Source of the DNA: Elsinoe ampelina
Lineage: Eukaryota
Direction of reading: 5' to 3'
Length of the DNA: 22,809 nucleotides
Assembly (NCBI GenBank): GCA_010093995.1
Contig: ML992507.1
Span: forward strand, 1,511,147 to 1,533,955
The first letter of the stretch is position 1. Each line of letters starts with the position of its first letter. The notes beneath the pieces were generated by a model. It saw only the letters and a program-made list of their open reading frames with translations, was not told where the DNA came from and searched no databases. Below are positions 17,826-22,809 of this stretch, in pieces. The position numbers and the translations under genes were made by a program.

Positions 17826-19889
17826 TCACCCCCTAACCCTCAAACTATTACTCCTCCTCTCCTCCGCCCTATACCCCCTCTTCCTCCCCGTAACCTTCAG
17901 CACCAAATCCCCCACCCCCCTCTCCGGCTTGAACTCCACCTCCTGCCCCTGCTTCACCTCAAATTTCCTCCCCACCTCCCTCCGATCAGCAATCCACTGC
18001 GCCTCCAACGTGACCCCAGGATCCCACCGCCCCACGCTCGCCGTCACCCTTCCCCTTCCGTCGTTCTTGACCTCCGGATCCGCTTGTCTGGCTTTCGCCG
18101 CTGCCCGGCCGCCGTGAGCGAGGACTTCCTCCCACGCATTCCCCCTGCTCGTCGGCACGGTCACGGCAGAGTCGAGCGGCGTCTTGCCATCCGGTGCATG
18201 GTCTTGGATCCACTGGTAGACGAGCTCGAAGAACTCCCATTGAGGGAGGTTGTTGTAGACACCACCATGGGGGCGGGTGGGGAGGTAGGTGAAATTAGCC
18301 CAGCCTGCGCCTCCCAAAGCTTCGACTTTCTTCTGGAACTCCTGCACGCCGAGGTTGAGGTAGTAGGTGTCTCTTCCGCCGACGTAGATGAACATGCGGT
18401 TCTTGAGGACTTGGCCTAGGTTCCGTGAAGAAGCCCAGTTGGAGGTGATGTACTCTGCTAGATCGAAGGGTTTCCAGAGCTCGACGGCGCCGGGGTAGAT
18501 CTCGCCCGTGTACTTGTCCCATGCTTCGAGGGGGTAGTTGTTGTAGCCTTGGGCGGAGAAGACGGCTTGCCAGACGTCCCATTGGAGGAAGGAGCGGGTA
18601 GAGGTGCCGAAGGAGAGTTCCCAGTGGTTTTCTTGCTGGGTGGTGGCGAGGACGACCTCGGTGTCGTTGACGAAGGTGCGGATTGAGGGGATGCTGCTGC
18701 CGTCGGCGTTGAAGTAGGCGTTTTTGTTGGTGTAGAGAGGAATGGCTTGGTGGCGGATGAAGGAGAGAGAGTCCGGGTAGGAAGAGAAGCAGGCACCGAA
18801 GAGGTCTGGGCGGTAGGCGAGGGAGGCGGCGGAGATCCAGCCGCCTGTGCTGCCGCCTTCTTGGACGCGAGCGTAGGGTTCAGCGATGGTCCGGAAAGTA
18901 GAGTCGATGAGAGGAATCATTTCGTCGTTGATTGCGTCGCCGTAGGGGCCGATGTTGGCCGTGTTCACCGCATAGCTGTCGTCGTAGAATGGAGCTTCGT
19001 GGCGGAAGGTGACGTGGATGAACTTGGGGGTCGGTCTGCTTGGAGAGCTGTTGGTCGCGGGAATGATACCAGAGTCCCACTGAGCCGTGAAAGCCTCACT
19101 GTACCGCCAGTCACCTCCAGTCCAGTGATCTTGTTCATACACAACGGGATAGCGAGTGGTGGAGTTGGCATATCCAGGCGGGAGACGGATGTTCGCGCCA
19201 ACATACATGTCTCTGCCCCAAAATTTGCTCAATGCTTCGCTGCGGATCTTGAGGTGCTTGAGCGAGCCGGCGTCTTCGTAATTGCCCTGATTGCAGCCAC
19301 CAATCTCGCTACCAGTAAAGTCCTCTGGGCCGGTGACGTTGGTGAATTTCAATTCAACAGTCTGCCCACGACCAGTGATTTGCACATCAGTGATGACAGA
19401 TGTCAGACTGCCGGGACCATTGATAGTTGCGCCGCCGTCACCGCACGGGAAGCGGACGCTGACCTTTGACCCATCACTGCGTACAGCAGTCTCGTACTTG
19501 GTCAAGAAAGCCTGGACACTGTAGCTGCCAGCTGGGATCTGGTTCAAGCTGACGTTCGGCCATCCGTAGACGCCAGTGTCGGTGTCAACACTGCTACCTC
19601 CAGAAAGTGTGATGATGCTACCAGCTTCGATGCCGAAGACATTCTTGCCAAAGATCTTGTCAGGTGAGGAATCGACTTCAGTGTCTTCCAGTGGATCGGT
19701 GCCAGCAGGTGCGAACAGGACATGCACGCGGCCGTCGGTGGTATTCGACAGAAGTCCGTCGGCAATTGACAGACGGACATTCAAGCCTCGTTTGGCATAA
19801 TCTTCCGGTGCAGAAGTGGTCGACTGTGGAAGAGCAATAACCGCCGACACGGCAGTCAAAGCAAGACCGAAAACCCGAAATCCAACCAT
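17826..19889 (-). CDS. Secreted alpha/beta-hydrolase (putative esterase, enterochelin-esterase/CE1-like), 687 aa, intronless, with a C-terminal Ig-like module
   Basis: The likely start is ATG 19889 (MVGFRVFGLALTAVSAVIA signal peptide, then YAKR Kex2 site), not the GTG at 19952. Nucleophile elbow GGSTGG (18857-18840), candidate acid GGRDTYYL, candidate His PTRPHGG, and the conserved block YDDSYAVNTANIGPYGDAI. Confidence 0.88.
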   Translation of the reverse strand: MVGFRVFGLALTAVSAVIALPQSTTSAPEDYAKRGLNVRLSIADGLLSNTTDGRVHVLFAPAGTDPLEDTEVDSSPDKIFGKNVFGIEAGSIITLSGGSSVDTDTGVYGWPNVSLNQIPAGSYSVQAFLTKYETAVRSDGSKVSVRFPCGDGGATINGPGSLTSVITDVQITGRGQTVELKFTNVTGPEDFTGSEIGGCNQGNYEDAGSLKHLKIRSEALSKFWGRDMYVGANIRLPPGYANSTTRYPVVYEQDHWTGGDWRYSEAFTAQWDSGIIPATNSSPSRPTPKFIHVTFRHEAPFYDDSYAVNTANIGPYGDAINDEMIPLIDSTFRTIAEPYARVQEGGSTGGWISAASLAYRPDLFGACFSSYPDSLSFIRHQAIPLYTNKNAYFNADGSSIPSIRTFVNDTEVVLATTQQENHWELSFGTSTRSFLQWDVWQAVFSAQGYNNYPLEAWDKYTGEIYPGAVELWKPFDLAEYITSNWASSRNLGQVLKNRMFIYVGGRDTYYLNLGVQEFQKKVEALGGAGWANFTYLPTRPHGGVYNNLPQWEFFELVYQWIQDHAPDGKTPLDSAVTVPTSRGNAWEEVLAHGGRAAAKARQADPEVKNDGRGRVTASVGRWDPGVTLEAQWIADRREVGRKFEVKQGQEVEFKPERGVGDLVLKVTGRKRGYRAEERRSNSLRVRG

Positions 19890-19954
19890 GACGAACTGAA
19901 GATTAATAGAAACGACACGTCGTGACCTTGACGTCGTTGAAGACATCCTCACCT

Positions 19955-19960
19955 CTTATA
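19955..19960 (-). promoter_or_regulatory. Candidate TATA box of the hydrolase gene
   Basis: TATAAG on the minus strand ~70 nt upstream of ATG 19889. Confidence 0.5.
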
Positions 19961-19974
19961 AAGACCTCGCATAC

Positions 19975-20116
19975 TGTTGTAACTAGCAAATCGGATCGAG
20001 AGACGTGTGTTTCATTCAGAGAGTTACAATAACCGATTTATCTACTGTGCGTGCGCTGACTCATTAGTACCAGTTCTTTAGTACTAGAGAAGCTATACCA
20101 GCCTTCTATTATAACA
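19975..20116 (-). repeat. 3' LTR (142 bp)
   Basis: The minus strand begins TGTTATAA directly after the PPT and ends TTACAACA. These termini are an 8-bp inverted repeat with one RIP-type mismatch (TGTTGTAA vs TGTTATAA). Predicted 5-bp TSD is CATAC (19970-19974). The partner LTR is outside the window. Confidence 0.85.
20057..20063. promoter_or_regulatory. TGACTCA Gcn4/CpcA (AP-1-type) consensus inside the LTR
   Basis: Exact match to TGA(C/G)TCA, ~170 nt upstream of the hydrolase ATG. A single 7-mer, so function is unproven. Confidence 0.3.
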
Positions 20117-20126
20117 CTCCCCCTCT
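20117..20126 (-). other. Polypurine tract
   Basis: AGAGGGGGAG directly abuts the TG of the LTR, the typical copia arrangement. Confidence 0.9.
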
Positions 20127-20476
20127 GGTATAGATTGCTAAAGCTAGAGAACTGTCCTATTATATATAAGTAAAGTAATTAGCTTATTACTTTATCTCTT
20201 TGTAATTGCTTATAATTGTTAGTATTAGCTAATCATTAGTAAGAATTTACTATTAGTTTAGCTTATAATTACTAGCAATAATAGTAACTATTAATAATAG
20301 CTAGGCAGCTATTATTTATATAAATAGACTAGCTTATAAGTCTTAATTAAAGAGATATAAGTATCTAACTAGCCTCTTTATAATTTCTCTTTCCTTTATT
20401 ATACTTATAGTAGTAGCCTTTTCTTTTATATAACACTTTTACCTTCTTACTATACTATATTAATAATACTTATAAT

Positions 20477-21750
20477 ATAAGCACTATAGTGTAGTAATAG
20501 CTAGGTATTAGTAGCATTACTACTAGTGCTAGTGCTCTAAGTAGTCTACTAGGTAGCGGAGGTAGTAGTAAGAAGAGAAATCCTCTATTAAGGTTACCTA
20601 GTACTTCTAATGTTAATTATAATACTACTATAAGACTAATTACTTGTCTTAATGCTCTTAGTAAGTAGCTATAAAGCATTAATAGCATAAGCTAACATTA
20701 ATAGCCTAATTAACTTAGACTTTAACTTAATAGTTAGCCGACATAATCTAGAATACTCTCCTTAGGCTTAGGATAATTAGTTATTACAACTATACTAACT
20801 TATATCCTATCTAGAGGTCTATAGTAGTCTAGGCCTTTAGTACCTATAGTATATACCTAGTAGTTACTAATTCTATTCTAGTTAAGGATCTAACTAAGTA
20901 AGTTAACCTTACTAGATCTACTAACTACTCTACTACTTTAATAGCTTCTAGTGCTACTAGTAGAGTAGTCTACTATAGCACTAATCGCTATACTAAGTGT
21001 TAGGGATCTAACCCTAGTAATAATTAGAGTAAGGGTAAGAGTAGCAAGTTTAGTAAGTATATTACTTTGCCTAGTTAGCTTAATAAGGCCTACACTTACT
21101 ATACTTATAGTAACTAATATACTAGATGTTCCTTAGCTAACTATACTCTAACTCTAAGGCCTATTAGCTCTCCTAAACCTATAAGGACCCCGAGTAGCTT
21201 AAGGGTTATTACCTAGCCTATTCTATATAGCCTAATACACCTACTAATAGAGCTCCTAAGGTCTATCTCTTTTAGTAGTACTTTACCTTAGAGGTTCTTA
21301 CTAAGGGCCTATATACTAGGAGTATTATTAGGTGTAGTTAATACCTTAATAACTTATACTAACTCTTGCTACTTTATAGTAGTCCCTATAAACTTTATAG
21401 ATCCTACTAACCTAATCGCTACTAAGGTTCGTAACTTAGCTACTATAGTAATAAACTATATAGTAGAGCTTATAAGGATTATAGCTACTAGCTACCCTAG
21501 TTAGCTTTCTCCTATTTATGCCTTTATACTAGGCCTAGCACTAATAAGGTATAGTAGGTCTAGATCTAACACTTCTATAAGGTCTACTAGTAGTAATAAG
21601 GGAAGGAGTTCTTCTTCTATAAAGAAGTAATTAGAGGTAGAGGATAGGTAGAGGTTATTAAAGGTAATAATAGTACTAAGTAGTAGATATAGCTTAGGCA
21701 TAAGTAGCTAGTAATAGAGTTATAATAGCTTTTCCTTTCTCTCTTCTTAA
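20477..21750 (+). pseudogene. RIP-degraded antisense gene inside the copia element; Cys6 DUF3716-like domain; at least one intron (20661-20704)
   Basis: The plus frame at 20986-21135 reads RYTKC*GSNPSNN*SKGKSSKFSKYITLPS*LNKAYTYYTYSN*YTRCSL. Reversing RIP-type transitions (TAT/TAC to TGT/TGC, TAG/TAA to CAG/CAA, AGT to GGT) gives RCTKCQG...GKGGKFGECITLPGQLxxACTxCxYGNQxTRCSL. The intron GTAAGT...GCTAAC...TAG joins an upstream Gly/Pro-rich KKR-containing frame to this frame. Start (ATA, read as ATG) and stop are estimates. Confidence 0.7.
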
Positions 21751-21897
21751 TAATAAAATAATTTACTTTAAGCTTTAGATAAATAAGATAGCTTAATAAG
21801 TAGTAGTAGCATAAATAACATACTTAAAATAATAATATATATAAAATCTAAATAAGTATATAGTATAGATATATACTAAGTAATTAGCCTTTGCTAA

Positions 21898-22809
21898 TTA
21901 ATTAAGGATCTTATTAGGAGACTTAGGCTTTATAAGTGTATTAGCTAATTACTAAGTTATATTAATATACTTAAGCTTAATTACTCTAAGTTTATACTAC
22001 TCTCTATAGTAATAATTCCTTAAATTAATATACTTAGATCTCCTTAAATTAGTATAATCTCTTATAAGTTTAATAGCTAACTTGTTATTAACAAAGACTA
22101 TAGTTAGGCTAAGGTAAATATTAGTAAGTGGCCTAAGTTTAATAATAAGATTTCTTAACTAATTAATCTCTCTATAGGTCTTAGTAAGGGCAAGGTATTT
22201 AGCCTTAGTACTTAATAATATAATAATCTTCTATAGCTTTAACTTCTAAATAACTAGTGCACTAAGTATATAAATAATAGTACTAGATATAGATCTTGTA
22301 GTTAATCTATCTCTAGCAAAGTCTAAGTTAGAGTAGGCCTTAATTGTGTTAACTAATAGTCTATTAGTCTTCTTAAAGGTAAGGCCCTTTATAATAGTCC
22401 TATTAATATACCTCTAGATCTACTTAGCTATAACTATATAAGCTATAGTTAGATTCTAAAGGAACCTAGCTAGGTAATTAGTAGCATAGCTAATATTAGG
22501 CCTTATATTGTTAGCTAAATATTGTAATTTACTAATGATTCTATTAAATGTCTTATAGTACTAAGCATTAACTTAGCTATTAGTTAGTTTATAGAGTTAA
22601 TTAATAAAATACTTTATAGTTCTTACTTAGTAAAGATTATAATCTTTAAGCTTCTCCTTTAAGTAGTATAATTACTTAATCTTAATTAAGTTCTTAGTTC
22701 TATAAAGTTAAACACTAAGGAAGAGGTTTAAGTTTATAATCTTTATTAGAAACTTAAGATAAAGATCTTTAACTAGCTTATCTATATACTTCTACCTAGT
22801 AGTAATAAT
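21898..22809 (-). pseudogene. pol: Copia pol remnant: RT C-terminus and RNase H
   Basis: One frame with RIP stops: IISKLQYLANNIRPNISYA (=IGKLQY..TRPDISYA), AYSNLDFARD at ~22338-22309 (=YSDSDFAGD), LLSTKAKYLAL (=LSSTEAEYLAL), VFVNNKLAI (=VDNKSAI), RSKYINLRNYY (=RSKHIDLRNH), LANTLIKP (=LADTLTKP). Confidence 0.95.

Larger units (their letters stand above)
19975..22809 (-). mobile_element. Ty1/copia LTR retrotransposon, 3' portion, heavily RIP-mutated; continues past the right edge
   Basis: Abrupt switch to AT-rich sequence with excess TpA and very few CpA/TpG/CpG. Copia RT tail, RNase H, PPT and a TG...CA LTR are in the correct order on the minus strand. Confidence 0.95.

Noticed and set aside
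19890..19952. 21-codon N-terminal extension of the hydrolase ORF
   Set aside because: It starts at GTG just 3 nt from the TATA candidate, and the signal peptide begins at ATG 19889.
21516..21701. 61-aa hydrophobic minus-strand ORF as an env-like or membrane peptide
   Set aside because: Leu/Ile/Tyr richness is what RIP produces, and it is the mirror frame of the antisense cargo gene.
20130..22809. AT-rich block as organellar DNA, contamination or centromere
   Set aside because: The dinucleotide pattern and decodable copia motifs explain it as RIP. Centromeric status cannot be judged from this window.
1..22809. CRISPR arrays, rRNA, tRNA or prokaryotic operon features
   Set aside because: None seen. 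The sequence is eukaryotic, with spliceosomal introns and RIP.

Overview
This is fungal (Pezizomycotina-type) genomic DNA running from core genes through an accessory region into a RIP-mutated transposon. On the left is a head-to-head housekeeping pair: NEO1 P4-ATPase flippase (minus strand, runs off the left edge) and SEC16. The middle holds an intronless secreted GH43, a decayed minus-strand gene, a two-exon small secreted Kex2-processed protein missed by the ORF track, a DUF3176 pseudogene, and an intronless secreted alpha/beta-hydrolase with bacterial-looking features. On the right, 19975 to the window end is a RIP-degraded Ty1/copia LTR retrotransposon on the minus strand (RT tail, RNase H, PPT, 142-bp 3' LTR), inserted 14 bp upstream of the hydrolase TATA box. 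The top finding lies in the ~1.8 kb between RNase H and the PPT. It appears to carry a RIP-scrambled antisense, intron-containing gene whose de-RIPped translation has a six-cysteine DUF3716-like motif, i.e. a copia element with its own spliced antisense accessory gene. All translations and de-RIP reconstructions were done by eye, and family assignments come from motif recognition, not database searches.
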